64,000 nucleotides of DNA. Origin: an uncultured Gaiellales bacterium. GTDB lineage: Bacteria > Actinomycetota > Thermoleophilia > Gaiellales > Gaiellaceae. The stretch lies in assembly GCA_964436315.1 (NCBI GenBank), contig CAYTCZ010000001.1, positions 8,741 to 72,740 on the forward strand. Direction: 5' to 3'. Under the pieces are notes generated by a model. That model did no database searches, had not been told where the DNA came from, and was given only the letters and a program-made list of their open reading frames with translations. Each line of letters opens with the position of its first letter. Positions within the stretch are counted from its first letter, which is position 1. Shown piece after piece: positions 17,992 through 27,688 of this stretch. A program made the translations under genes and the position numbers.

Positions 17992-20358
17992 TCAATCGTC
18001 GAACGGAGGGTCGAGGCTGTACTGGCGCTCGATCACCGCGGCGAGGTCGGGCCCCTTCCAGTACGGCTCGATCCAGCGCATGCGTTGGTCCTTCCAGTTC
18101 GGATTGGGGCGTCGCCAGTGGCCGCGGACCATGAAACGATGCATGAGCCTGCCTCCCCCTGCGCCGCGTTCCAAGGTCTGATACCCGCGGACCGCCGCGA
18201 TCGAGATCTTTCCGGGAAGGTAGAACAGGCCGCTACTCTCACCGTCGCCCGCTGCACTTCGGGCTGCCGTAGTGCGATGGGGTGGTCGGAGGACCGGCTC
18301 GACGCCGGCGCTCGTCGCGTAGAGGATCGCGTTGACGACAGTATGCGTGAGCTTCTCGAGGGGAGTGCGCATATCCAGCTCCTCCTGCTGGCCCTCCTCG
18401 CCGAGCCAGACAGGTTCGCGCTCGTCGTCGCCGAAGATCGGCTGGTCGTCGCGAACGGAAAGGGTGTGCTGCACCACCTGCGGCACGCCTTCCCCCAACG
18501 TGTCGAGCGCGAAGTCGAACACGACGGTGCGCTCGTCGTCGGAGTCGTGCGGAAGCTCGCGCACGAAGACCGTCAACACCCGGGCCATGTGACCGCTCAT
18601 CGGCAGCCCGGCTCCGGCGACGTGGCGCTCCGCGAAGGAGAGCGTGCTTCGGTCGGTGAAGACGAGCGCGAAGCTCGGAAACGGCATCCTCAGGTCGTGA
18701 CCGACGACGTCGGTGTCCGTCTTCTGCAGCATGAATGCGAGCGACGCCGACACCCAGAAGGTTCGTCGACGATGGAGCTCGTGGTTGAGCGCTGCGACCA
18801 GGACCGATTCGGTCAGGAGCGGATCATCCTCGACCTCTCTGGCGAGACGCCGCGCGCTGAGCCGGCGTCGCACGTCGCTCGGCTCGACCACCGGTGGCTC
18901 ATCGCCATCGGCCTCGTCGCGGAGTTCGCCCGCCATCGCCGCGAGCTCTTCGTCCCACTGAAAACGCTCCGCCCAGCGTTCGTCCGCCGTGGGGGGCGCC
19001 TGGTGCTCGGCGTCCTCCTTCAGGCCGAGCTCCGCCCACATCCACGAGGGGTCGTACGCAGGCTCCCCGTGACGCAGTGCTCGCTCGTACAGCCCTTCGA
19101 GCCCGTGGATCAGCGACTCCACGCGAGGTCGCATCGACGCCTTCTTCGCCGAGTCGCGAGGTGTCGCACCGTCCAGCGCGGGGATCGGGTCGTCCACCCA
19201 CGAACGGTAGTGCTCCTCCTGGTGCCGCAAGAGAAGCGCCTCGCGGATCCGCGGATCCATCTCCGGCGCCCGCGACGGACCGAGGCGCTTGCTGAACTCC
19301 TCGACACTCTCGTGGGTCGTGTGACGATGGCGCAGCGCACTCCCGAGGAGCTCTTCCAGCAGCGCCCGCCCGCGCTCTCCCCTCTCCGCCGTCAGGGTCA
19401 TCAACACCAGCTCGGCCCCTTCCAGGCTCACCGAGCCGAGCGGCTTCCGGTCACCTGGCGCCAGGGTCTCGACCCATTCCCACCTTTCGTCCTCTTCGAA
19501 GTAGAAGAAATCGGGATGGGCCTCGAGGAAACGGACGAGCGCCTCGGTCTCTCCGTCGACCACCTCGAAGTGGGCAAGGGTCGGGAGAACGTGATGTCCG
19601 TCGGCGTCCACTATGTCCGGCATCCCCCTGTCGAACGCGCGGATCCACGCATCGTGCATCAAGAGAACGCCTTCCTGCTTGTAGAACGCCAGCGAATCGG
19701 CCCGGGGGTCGTCCGCGCGAAACTCGTCACGAGTCGCTCGGAGGTCCTCGATCAGCGACGGGACTATCCACCGCGGAAAATGCAGACACCCGCCGTCGAT
19801 CTCGGGCTGTCCCGACGGACCCATCGAGTTGATGCGCGCCCCGACGAGCGTGCCGCGGTGCATCGTCCGCGAAGCAGTCTGCTCGCGCACCTTGACCGTC
19901 GTACCTTCCAGAGGTTGCCGCAGTGAGATCGACTGGCCCGGAACGATGTCGACGACCTCCCACGGCTGGAACGCGCTCCGCGACATTCGGGTGAGGTACT
20001 GATGGGGGCCGCAACCCTCGCGAAGGTCCCCGGCGACGTGCTGAGCGGGTGTTCGCCCTTCGGCGAGCGGCCGATCGAAGCGGAACCAGCCGAGGAAGAC
20101 GTCGATCGAGTTTCGCTCCTCATCCCCCAGAAACGGCAGCGCACCTCCGTCCTCGCCCCAGAAGTCGAGCATCGCCGCGTCGATCTCGTCGGGAAAGACG
20201 TGCTGTTCGTACTCCAGCAGTCCCGCGAGCGCGGCGCCACGGTCCATCGTCGCCTCGTCGCGACGATGCGCGTTCTGCTCGGCGCGAAGACAGCATCGCT
20301 TGTACTTTTTTCCGCTGCCGCAAGGGCAGGGGTCGTTTCGTCCGACGTCAGCCATCAT
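17992..20358 (-). CDS. SEC-C motif protein (788 aa), N-terminal SecA-type zinc-binding motif, central DUF2384/Xre-antitoxin-like segment, unknown C-terminal half
   Basis: N-terminus NDPCPCGSGKKYKRCC. IPALDGATPRDSAKKASMRPRVESLIHGLE resembles the MbcA/ParS/Xre antitoxin-type (DUF2384) helix bundle. The C-terminal basic motif HRFMVRGHWRRPNPNWKDQRMRWIEPYWKGPD is not assigned. Confidence 0.7.
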   Translation of the reverse strand: MMADVGRNDPCPCGSGKKYKRCCLRAEQNAHRRDEATMDRGAALAGLLEYEQHVFPDEIDAAMLDFWGEDGGALPFLGDEERNSIDVFLGWFRFDRPLAEGRTPAQHVAGDLREGCGPHQYLTRMSRSAFQPWEVVDIVPGQSISLRQPLEGTTVKVREQTASRTMHRGTLVGARINSMGPSGQPEIDGGCLHFPRWIVPSLIEDLRATRDEFRADDPRADSLAFYKQEGVLLMHDAWIRAFDRGMPDIVDADGHHVLPTLAHFEVVDGETEALVRFLEAHPDFFYFEEDERWEWVETLAPGDRKPLGSVSLEGAELVLMTLTAERGERGRALLEELLGSALRHRHTTHESVEEFSKRLGPSRAPEMDPRIREALLLRHQEEHYRSWVDDPIPALDGATPRDSAKKASMRPRVESLIHGLEGLYERALRHGEPAYDPSWMWAELGLKEDAEHQAPPTADERWAERFQWDEELAAMAGELRDEADGDEPPVVEPSDVRRRLSARRLAREVEDDPLLTESVLVAALNHELHRRRTFWVSASLAFMLQKTDTDVVGHDLRMPFPSFALVFTDRSTLSFAERHVAGAGLPMSGHMARVLTVFVRELPHDSDDERTVVFDFALDTLGEGVPQVVQHTLSVRDDQPIFGDDEREPVWLGEEGQQEELDMRTPLEKLTHTVVNAILYATSAGVEPVLRPPHRTTAARSAAGDGESSGLFYLPGKISIAAVRGYQTLERGAGGGRLMHRFMVRGHWRRPNPNWKDQRMRWIEPYWKGPDLAAVIERQYSLDPPFDD

Positions 20359-20745
20359 TCGCTCCTCTGGAGGTCGAGAAGAAGCTATTCCTCATCCGAC
20401 CGATCGAGCAAGCCACGCAGATAGTGCTCGGCGAGCTCGACGCGGAGGTCGCATTCTCGCGCCCAGACCGCGACCGGGTCCTCCCGGCGGGCGAGCGCGC
20501 ACGCCGCCACGACACCTCGACGACGCGAGTGAGTCGGACGCCAGAGGTTCGCGGAGTTGCCGGACCTTTCACGTCACGGCATCTCGACGCGTGCGTCGGC
20601 AACGCAAGCATACGTTTCGGGATCCGGGTATTGCTCCGGGGTCCAACCGACCGTTTCGAAGCATTCTTCGGGGATGCGAAGAAAGTAGGACCGCTCTCGC
20701 CGTCGGCGCCTCGAAACCGTGCTCGATGGCCCTGGCGAAACGTTC

Positions 20746-23700
20746 TCAGTCTGACATTCCGTGTCTGAGTCGCTCTACATCAAGGTGGTAGAAGCCTTCG
20801 TCGTCGCTACTCAAGACGGGAACACCACGTACGTTCAGCGCCGTCTTCAGGGCTCCCAGTGATCTTCGAGTCCGGCCCATCGTGACCCCGGCCGACCGGG
20901 CGACTTCGTGAAGATGGGGGCGACGATGCTGCATGAGCGCGACCATGATGGTGCGGGCGCCCTCGTGATCCAACTGACGTTCCCGGAGCCGGCGGCCCCA
21001 GCTGCCCGACTCGAATACCTGTTGCACAAAAGCTTCTGCCTCCGCCACCTTTCTGCCGGCCCCGACTGCCCTCACATGATCCGGCAAAGCGACCTTCTTT
21101 ACCGGTGCGCGGACCTCTGAAGGCTGCGTACGCAGCCGCTTCATCGTCATCTCCTCGACCTCGAGCATCTCATCGATTTGATCGACCTCGGAGCCGCTGT
21201 CCTCCGTCAACACCACCCCGATCGCCTCGACAGAGAACGAGAGGTCGGACGACTTACGGATCACCGAGTCCGCCAGTTCAGCCTTCTCCCGCATGAGTTG
21301 GTCGATCCGCTGGTCTACGGTGAACAGCCCATCCGCGGTAGCGATCGGTACGTGCACCGCGACGGGCCGCGTCTGGCCGATTCGATGCACGCGGTCGGTC
21401 GCCTGGTTCTCTTTGGACGGGTTCCATTCGCGGGTCAGGTGGATGACATGGTTGGCCGCCGTGATGTTGAGACCGAGGCCTGTCGCCTGCGGCGACAGAA
21501 CGATGACGCCGAACCCCTCGGCCCGCTGGAAGCGCTGAATCTCGTCGTACCGTGCCGTCGCGGACTGCTCTCCGTTCACCACGACCGGGCGAAACCCGAA
21601 CTCGTGTCGAACAGCCATCTGCACCAGGGGCTGAAGGACTCGCCGGCTCGTGAAAATGACCGCTTTTTCGCCCCGACGCTCGATCTCCCGCAGCTTGTCC
21701 ATCATGAACTGGAACTTGCCGCTCGAACGTACGATCGCGTTCGGGTCACCATCGTGTTGGTCGAACAAGTCGGCCAGCCCCAGCTCATGAGCTCTATCCC
21801 GCAGCGCCCACGGATGGGTGCTGCACACGACGAGTTCATTGATCGCCGCGAGGGCACCCTTCTGCCCCGAACGGTGTTCGGCAACGACCGCCTCGTAGAC
21901 GGTCCGCTCGAACTCCGTCATCTTCACGGCACAGGTGTCCACCGTCTTCTCTGGCAAGTCCGTAAGAAGGCTCTTCATCCGCCGCAGATAATGGGGCCCC
22001 AGCGTCTGCAGCGTGCGTGAACTCGCCTCGGCCGCTCTCTTGCCCCCGCCTTCGATCGGGCGGACGACGTCTGCCATGAACTGCCGCATCGTGCCGAGCA
22101 GGCCGGGTTGAGCGAACTCGATCACCGCCCATAGTTCCTCGAGCCGATTTTCGACCGGAGTCGCACTCAGCGCGAGCCGTAGCTTCGCGTCCAGTGCGCG
22201 CGACGCACGAGACCGCTTCGTACCGTGATTCTTGATGTAGTGAGCCTCGTCGAGGACCGCGACCTGAAAAGGAATCCGGGCAAAGACGCGCTGGTCGTTC
22301 GCCATCGTGTCGTAGGTGACGGCCACGATGTCGTGGCGCACGAGTTCGGCGGGGTCGCGGGTGCGGGATGGGCCGCGGTGTTGATACACGTCGACGTCGC
22401 GCCCGATGAACTTCTCGATCTCGTCCAGCCAGTTGCGTACGACAGCTCCCGGACCGACGATCAGCGAGGGTCGAAGCGCGCGAGTCTCGTGCAAATGCGC
22501 CAGCAGCGCCGCGACCTGAACCGTTTTGCCCAACCCCATCTCGTCGGCCAGCAGTCCACCCTGTCCATGGGCCTCGTTCTGCGCCGCATCCCAGAGGTTC
22601 CGTAGCCAAACGTGACCTTCCTCCTGATGGGGGCGAAGGCGCCCTTGGAAGGCACCTGAGACCGTGTAGCGGGTCAACTGAGAGCGGAGGGCTTCGGCCG
22701 TTCGGGCGGAAAACTCGAGCTCGTCGACATTGTCCGCGACCTCCAGGACCACGACCGGTGGTTTCTCCACGCCCTCCGGCGACGAGTCGTCTTCGGTTTT
22801 CGGGGTCGGCACGCGACGAGCGTCGTCTTCCGCAATGCTCAGAAGGCCCGGACCACCGCGCGGTGCATAGCTCGGTCCCGGCACATACTCGACCTCGCCC
22901 CTCACCCGTGGACCGAAGTTGGCGACATCGATCTCGGCCAGCCGTTTCGCCGCCGCACTGAAGTCCATCTCCGCCGCGGCCTTTGCGAGGTCCGGGCGAG
23001 CCCGCCCGACCCTGGATTCCACGTACCGTCCGGGATCCTGAGCAAACTCCTCGACCTCGGCCGCAGGGACCTTCGGAACCGCGCGAATCACGTCGATCCG
23101 CTGGCGGACCTCCTCGTCGTACGCGATGCGCTCGCGCCCGCGACCGTGAAGCCCCGTCTGCCGGCTCATCACGGGGGCCACCCCCGTCTCCATCAGTTCG
23201 TCAGCCGCTTCGAACGACTCGTGCCCTGGCAGCGTCGGCCGAATCTCGAGGCCCCCGTCGGGGGTCGGCCGAATCTCGGCCTTCACTTCGTCGGCTCGAG
23301 GTACCAGGTAGCGTTCGCTCTTCAGTTGCTGACTGACCGCGAGTCCCCCCTCGGGGGCCACGTCCGCTCCCTGTTCCGCGAGTTCTTGTACTTGTTGTAA
23401 GAACGCGTACTCGTCACTCACCCGGTCGAACCGCTCCGGTTGGGACGCGATCCGCGCTCGCATCTTCGCGAATTCCCGCGGCAGGATGTGGAGTCTCGAA
23501 TGCTGCCGATCCCAGAATCCGCAGTCCACGGGCACGAAACGGTCATTCCCTTCACCGACGAAGGTGTCGTCCCACGGGGTCTGCCAGTGGATCCGAACTT
23601 TGGGACTCCCCCTGCCGATCGGTGCCGACGGTCTCGCCTCGGCCTTCCATCCCTGAGACAACTCCAGACCGAATGCCGCAAGCTCGATCGGCTCGAACTC

Positions 23701-23955
23701 GGCCACGGTCGAGAACGGCATGACGTTCCCCTGGACGTACCCCTCGTCGGCGAGCAGTTCGAGGTCCGAAAAGACCTGCCGCGCTCGGGGCAGCGCGTGC
23801 TCCAGCGCCTCGGCGTCATCGAGGGATCGACGTTCCCCTTCGTTCGACTCCCAGTAGAACACGACCCCGCCGCGGTTCACGTCGGGCAAACCCCGAAGGT
23901 CGTAGGTCGTCGTGGCACCGCCCTTCCGACGTCGAATTCGATCCAGGAACCGCAT
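20746..23955 (-). CDS. zorD: Zorya type I ZorD, SNF2-family helicase (1,069 aa)
   Basis: LADEMGLGKTVQVAALL (motif I), VLDEAHYIKN (II), LSATPVENRLEELW (III), DRVHRIGQTRPVAVH (VI). ATG 23955 immediately follows the zorC stop TAA. Confidence 0.85.
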   Translation of the reverse strand: MRFLDRIRRRKGGATTTYDLRGLPDVNRGGVVFYWESNEGERRSLDDAEALEHALPRARQVFSDLELLADEGYVQGNVMPFSTVAEFEPIELAAFGLELSQGWKAEARPSAPIGRGSPKVRIHWQTPWDDTFVGEGNDRFVPVDCGFWDRQHSRLHILPREFAKMRARIASQPERFDRVSDEYAFLQQVQELAEQGADVAPEGGLAVSQQLKSERYLVPRADEVKAEIRPTPDGGLEIRPTLPGHESFEAADELMETGVAPVMSRQTGLHGRGRERIAYDEEVRQRIDVIRAVPKVPAAEVEEFAQDPGRYVESRVGRARPDLAKAAAEMDFSAAAKRLAEIDVANFGPRVRGEVEYVPGPSYAPRGGPGLLSIAEDDARRVPTPKTEDDSSPEGVEKPPVVVLEVADNVDELEFSARTAEALRSQLTRYTVSGAFQGRLRPHQEEGHVWLRNLWDAAQNEAHGQGGLLADEMGLGKTVQVAALLAHLHETRALRPSLIVGPGAVVRNWLDEIEKFIGRDVDVYQHRGPSRTRDPAELVRHDIVAVTYDTMANDQRVFARIPFQVAVLDEAHYIKNHGTKRSRASRALDAKLRLALSATPVENRLEELWAVIEFAQPGLLGTMRQFMADVVRPIEGGGKRAAEASSRTLQTLGPHYLRRMKSLLTDLPEKTVDTCAVKMTEFERTVYEAVVAEHRSGQKGALAAINELVVCSTHPWALRDRAHELGLADLFDQHDGDPNAIVRSSGKFQFMMDKLREIERRGEKAVIFTSRRVLQPLVQMAVRHEFGFRPVVVNGEQSATARYDEIQRFQRAEGFGVIVLSPQATGLGLNITAANHVIHLTREWNPSKENQATDRVHRIGQTRPVAVHVPIATADGLFTVDQRIDQLMREKAELADSVIRKSSDLSFSVEAIGVVLTEDSGSEVDQIDEMLEVEEMTMKRLRTQPSEVRAPVKKVALPDHVRAVGAGRKVAEAEAFVQQVFESGSWGRRLRERQLDHEGARTIMVALMQHRRPHLHEVARSAGVTMGRTRRSLGALKTALNVRGVPVLSSDDEGFYHLDVERLRHGMSD

Positions 23956-25038
23956 TTATAGCCCCAACCTTCGCAACAGATACCTCGTGTTCCCCTGCCA
24001 GTTGGCGGAGTGAATGATGCGATCGATAGCCCGCGAACGATTCTTCAAGCTCCCGACCCAATGCATCTTCGCCTTCAGCTCTTGAAAGTAATCGGCGGGA
24101 TAGACGTACCCGGCATTTCCGACGTCTGCGAACTCGATCACGCCGAACGCCCCGAAATCGAGAAAAACCGCATCCCGAGACGAGTCCACCTGAACGTCCG
24201 TCGCCACATCCAGGTATCTGCTCCAAAACGCAAAACGTTCGTTGTCCGACCAGAAAAACTCCTGCAGTCGCAGAAATCTCACCAGAGTCCCGAGAAATCT
24301 TCGGACCTCGTCCGTGAGGTCCCACGTCTCCCACGCACGTCCCTCGCACTCCATGACCAGCGAGCGAACGCTCGGCACCTTCGACACGGACGAAGGGTGT
24401 ACCGAACTGGTGTAGAGTCGCGTCATCGCCGACGTCAGGAGCGTGTCGGATGCCGTCGAAAACATCGTCCGAAGCTCCTCCGGTTCGAAGAGATCCCAAA
24501 CTTGGGTCGAGCCACTTTCAACCGCCGCGTTCCGCAGACCTTGACGCCACCGCTCACTCCGTACCAGCGTTCGCTCGCATGCTTCGTCGAAGGAGTACCC
24601 GGACTCGTGGGCGAGCGACAGGAACTGCGGGCCTTCGCCTTCCAGCAGCAACCGCTGCCCCGCGCCGAGATCTGGACGTTCCATCAGCAAGCGCGCGAGG
24701 TTCTCGTGATGTTCTTGTGTCGAGGGATTCTGGACCCCCAGCCATAGAGAACGCGTCGACACGAGCGTGGTGTCGAGCGCCAGCAGCTCCAGAACCCGCC
24801 GCGATACGTCGGGGGAAGGATGTTCCAGGAGCGCGCCTACCAGGCGACGCTCCGTGCTGCTCAGTGCGGCGAGCAAACGTCTCGGTTCCGAAAACGACCG
24901 AAACTTGCGGATGAGGTGCTCGACGAGCGGCGAGCCACTCGAAATTCGACCGTCCTCGAGGTCGGACCCCTTCTGTCGGTGATTCTCTCGGACCTCATCC
25001 AGTGCGGAGAGCAGACGGCTCGGACGAAAGGCTCTCAT
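23956..25038 (-). CDS. zorC: Zorya ZorC, EH-signature-domain-like protein (360 aa)
   Basis: C-terminal FWSDNERFAFWSRYL ... VFLDFGAFGVIEFADVGNAGYVYPADYF resembles the EH_Signature family. Position between zorB and zorD; ATGA overlap with the zorB stop. Confidence 0.75.
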   Translation of the reverse strand: MRAFRPSRLLSALDEVRENHRQKGSDLEDGRISSGSPLVEHLIRKFRSFSEPRRLLAALSSTERRLVGALLEHPSPDVSRRVLELLALDTTLVSTRSLWLGVQNPSTQEHHENLARLLMERPDLGAGQRLLLEGEGPQFLSLAHESGYSFDEACERTLVRSERWRQGLRNAAVESGSTQVWDLFEPEELRTMFSTASDTLLTSAMTRLYTSSVHPSSVSKVPSVRSLVMECEGRAWETWDLTDEVRRFLGTLVRFLRLQEFFWSDNERFAFWSRYLDVATDVQVDSSRDAVFLDFGAFGVIEFADVGNAGYVYPADYFQELKAKMHWVGSLKNRSRAIDRIIHSANWQGNTRYLLRRLGL

Positions 25039-25808
25039 TGGATGAACATCTTGCTGAGCATGACCAGTGCGATCTCGTCTTTCAGCCGGAACCGGACCTC
25101 GAGCCTTCGCGAAGCGTCTTCGTCCTCCTCCCCCGCTTCGTTTAGGACCGGTCGCGAGCTCGAGTAGCCGATGGCTGCCAGAATCCCGCGCGGCGAGTAG
25201 GCGCGGCCCAGCTGTTCCTCGATGACGAACTCCATCGCGGAATAGGCGCGCGCCTGGGACAGCTCGAGGTTGAACAGATAACCCTCGTCGACGCTCTTGG
25301 TCCGACGGAAGTTGGAGTTCGTATGGCCCTCGAAGATGATCTGGTCGACGTAGGGCCTGAGTTCCTCGTCGCCGAGCAGCGCGTCGAAATAGTCCTCGAT
25401 GAATCCGGCGATCACCCTTTTCCCACCGGCGGTCAGTGTGGCCGAACCCTCGGCGAACAGAACGCGGGACCCCAGCGTCACCGTCCCTCGTTCGACGTCG
25501 AACGTCACGTCCTGTCGGCCTTCGAACGTCTTGCGAAGTCGTTCGGTGATCTTCGCGCGAGTCTGCAGGGCCTTCCGCGCCTGGTCCTGCAACTCGAGCA
25601 GCCTGGAGGACTGCTGTTTGATCCGCTGCTCCTGGTCCTGTAACTCCTTCTGCTGGTCCACCAACTGCTGACGTTGAGTTTCGATGTCGATCTTCGCCGC
25701 GAGGATCGTACCGATGAGCAGCACGATGAACACCAGCAGCAACCCTGCCATCAGGTCGGAGTACGACATCCAGTAGTCGTGCACACCGGGTGAGGAGCTC
25801 CGTCTCAT
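25035..25808 (-). CDS. zorB: Zorya ZorB, MotB/OmpA-like stator subunit (257 aa)
   Basis: N-terminal plug and TM segment YWMSYSDLMAGLLLVFIVLLIG. C-terminal OmpA-like EGHTNSNF ... NLELSQARAYS. ATGA overlap with the zorA stop. Confidence 0.85.
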   Translation of the reverse strand: MRRSSSPGVHDYWMSYSDLMAGLLLVFIVLLIGTILAAKIDIETQRQQLVDQQKELQDQEQRIKQQSSRLLELQDQARKALQTRAKITERLRKTFEGRQDVTFDVERGTVTLGSRVLFAEGSATLTAGGKRVIAGFIEDYFDALLGDEELRPYVDQIIFEGHTNSNFRRTKSVDEGYLFNLELSQARAYSAMEFVIEEQLGRAYSPRGILAAIGYSSSRPVLNEAGEEDEDASRRLEVRFRLKDEIALVMLSKMFIQ

Positions 25809-27424
25809 TCAGCCCCTCCGTCCTGGGCGATGTTGATCTTCTGCGTCCGCGCCGAATCGGCCACCCCGCTGGTCAGCTGCGTGCGCGCCGAATCGGCCAC
25901 CCCGCTGGTCATCAGCTGCGTCACTCGGTCGAGCTCGTCCAGCCGTACCGACAAACTCATCAACGTGCCGTTGAAACGGTTGACGACCTCGGCGGTCGCT
26001 CCATCGAATACACTGAGCGTTTCCTGAAGGCTTTGCTCGGTGTTGGAGAGCTGCTGATTGAGCAGCGCCGAAAGGCTGTTGACCTTTTCGAGCGCGACAT
26101 CGAGTGCCTCGACGTTCTGCGACATTCCCTCCTGTAGTTCCATGCCGAGGCGCTGCGCCGACTCGCCGAACCGTTCCATCGTCGTCGGGAGCTCGTTGAC
26201 GGCCGAACGGATTCCCGCCTGCGCCTCTCGCAGTTCTCCGAGGCCACGGTTGAGATCGACCACCCCCGAATGAACCTGAAGCGCCGCTTCTCGAAGTCGA
26301 TCGCTCGTCTCGTCATGGCGTTCCGTATGCTCGCGCCAGGCGATCGCCAACTCGCGCTGGAGGACCGCGTTGCCGTCCAGTCGGTCTAGAAGCTCTTGCA
26401 GCCCCCGCTCGGTCTCCCGATGCCATTCGAGCGTCCTATCGAGGGCCACCCCGAGGTCGTCGAACTGTTGGCTCAGCTTTTCGTGAAACGACGAAGAGAA
26501 ACCCTCCATCATCGAGCCCAGCGCTTCGCGGTGAGCGTCTTGCGACGCCTCCCCGATCTTGGTGACCGCGTTCTGGACCCCCTCGAACGATGGCGTCAGC
26601 GCCGTCGCAATCGCCGCCGGGAGGTCGCTGACCAGGGTTCCCAGGTAGCCGCCCTGCTCCTCGGCCGCGACCACCATCTGCTGGGCCGCTTTCGAGATCT
26701 TCTTCAGGAGCTCGTCGTTGGACTGGTGTTTGAGCCGCGAAATGCTCCCCGCGAGTTCCGTCGCGACGGACTCGACCTCCGAGCGAACCAGGCGTCCCGC
26801 GACGAGGCTCGCCATCGACATGCAAATTCCGACGATCGACGAGTGAAACGCAACCGATACGCCAGCGAGCAGCGTGTTCATCCCCACCATCATCGCTTCG
26901 CTGCCAGACGTCGAGTCGAGCCCCCCGAGCCCTCCCACGAGTCCGATGAAGGTGAACAGAATGCCGAGCGCCGTGAAGAGCGGAGGTGCGAGGTCGATCA
27001 CCGCGCGCACGGTCATCGGTGCCGCCGCCATGATGTCGTCTACCCATATCTCGGCCGCGTCATCCCTCACTCGGCCCTGCTGAAAGATCCTCAGCTGAAG
27101 CGGAGTCGGAAGTAGGATCACGACGTGGGGGATGCCGCGGTCTCCGCCCGCGGAGAACGTCGATGGGTCGACGTCCTGCAGACGGACACGAGCCTCCTCC
27201 ACCCGCTCTACCAGGGTTCCCAGGCGCCACACCGCCACGACTGTGAGTAGCGTCCCGGCGAGCATCGCTCCCCAGAACACGACCTCCGGTGGAGTGACGA
27301 CTCCATCACCCGGTTCCAATGCCAGATAGGTCCCGGCGACGAAGATGAACGCCAACGCCGGGATCACTCCCCAGGCGCCTGGTCCTCTCAGTTTTTTGCT
27401 TCGGCTTTCTCCCTCTCGCGCCAT
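25805..27424 (-). CDS. zorA: Zorya ZorA, MotA/ExbB-like membrane protein with coiled-coil tail (~539 aa from the preferred start)
   Basis: TM segments WGVIPALAFIFVAGTYLAL, VVFWGAMLAGTLLTVVAVW, LAPPLFTALGILFTFIGLVGGLGGL and LLAGVSVAFHSSIVGICMSMASLVAG, then a ~250-aa helical tail. Preferred ATG 27424 (codon 67 of the track ORF) is preceded by AAGGGGG. The maximal ORF start is 27622. Confidence 0.8.
   Translation of the reverse strand: MAREGESRSKKLRGPGAWGVIPALAFIFVAGTYLALEPGDGVVTPPEVVFWGAMLAGTLLTVVAVWRLGTLVERVEEARVRLQDVDPSTFSAGGDRGIPHVVILLPTPLQLRIFQQGRVRDDAAEIWVDDIMAAAPMTVRAVIDLAPPLFTALGILFTFIGLVGGLGGLDSTSGSEAMMVGMNTLLAGVSVAFHSSIVGICMSMASLVAGRLVRSEVESVATELAGSISRLKHQSNDELLKKISKAAQQMVVAAEEQGGYLGTLVSDLPAAIATALTPSFEGVQNAVTKIGEASQDAHREALGSMMEGFSSSFHEKLSQQFDDLGVALDRTLEWHRETERGLQELLDRLDGNAVLQRELAIAWREHTERHDETSDRLREAALQVHSGVVDLNRGLGELREAQAGIRSAVNELPTTMERFGESAQRLGMELQEGMSQNVEALDVALEKVNSLSALLNQQLSNTEQSLQETLSVFDGATAEVVNRFNGTLMSLSVRLDELDRVTQLMTSGVADSARTQLTSGVADSARTQKINIAQDGGAE
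25841..25912 (-). repeat. 36-nt in-frame tandem duplication in the zorA tail (TSGVADSARTQ x2)
   Basis: Protein reads LMTSGVADSARTQLTSGVADSARTQK. The nucleotide units share a perfect ~28-nt core (CGCGCCGAATCGGCCACCCCGCTGGTCA on the + strand). Confidence 0.8.
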
Positions 27425-27688
27425 CAGCGGCCCCCTTACTTCCTGGCCTGTCCAGCCATCGCCAGTCCCGCATCCCATAGGCAACGCTCGTCGGGCGACG
27501 AAGCGTTGGAGCGCGTCGCATGAGCCGATGCCGATCTGGGAGACCACCGTTGTAGCATCGATTGTCCCGTGGGACGAGGTGTTGGATGAAGCGAGGCGCC
27601 CCGGACTCGTGCCGGCGGTCATCGCCAGTTGGAGGCCCGCGGAGTGGCGCCAGTGCGCTGCCGTACATGCCTACCTCGCGACGAGGGG

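Noticed and set aside
20574-20745. Protein-like minus-strand reading frame in the zorD/SEC-C gap (…RIPEECFETVGWTPEQYPDPETYACVADARVEMP*)
   Set aside because: The frame has no ATG, GTG or TTG start that would give a plausible ORF, and it is preceded by an Arg run. It may be a decayed gene remnant but is not supportable as a feature.
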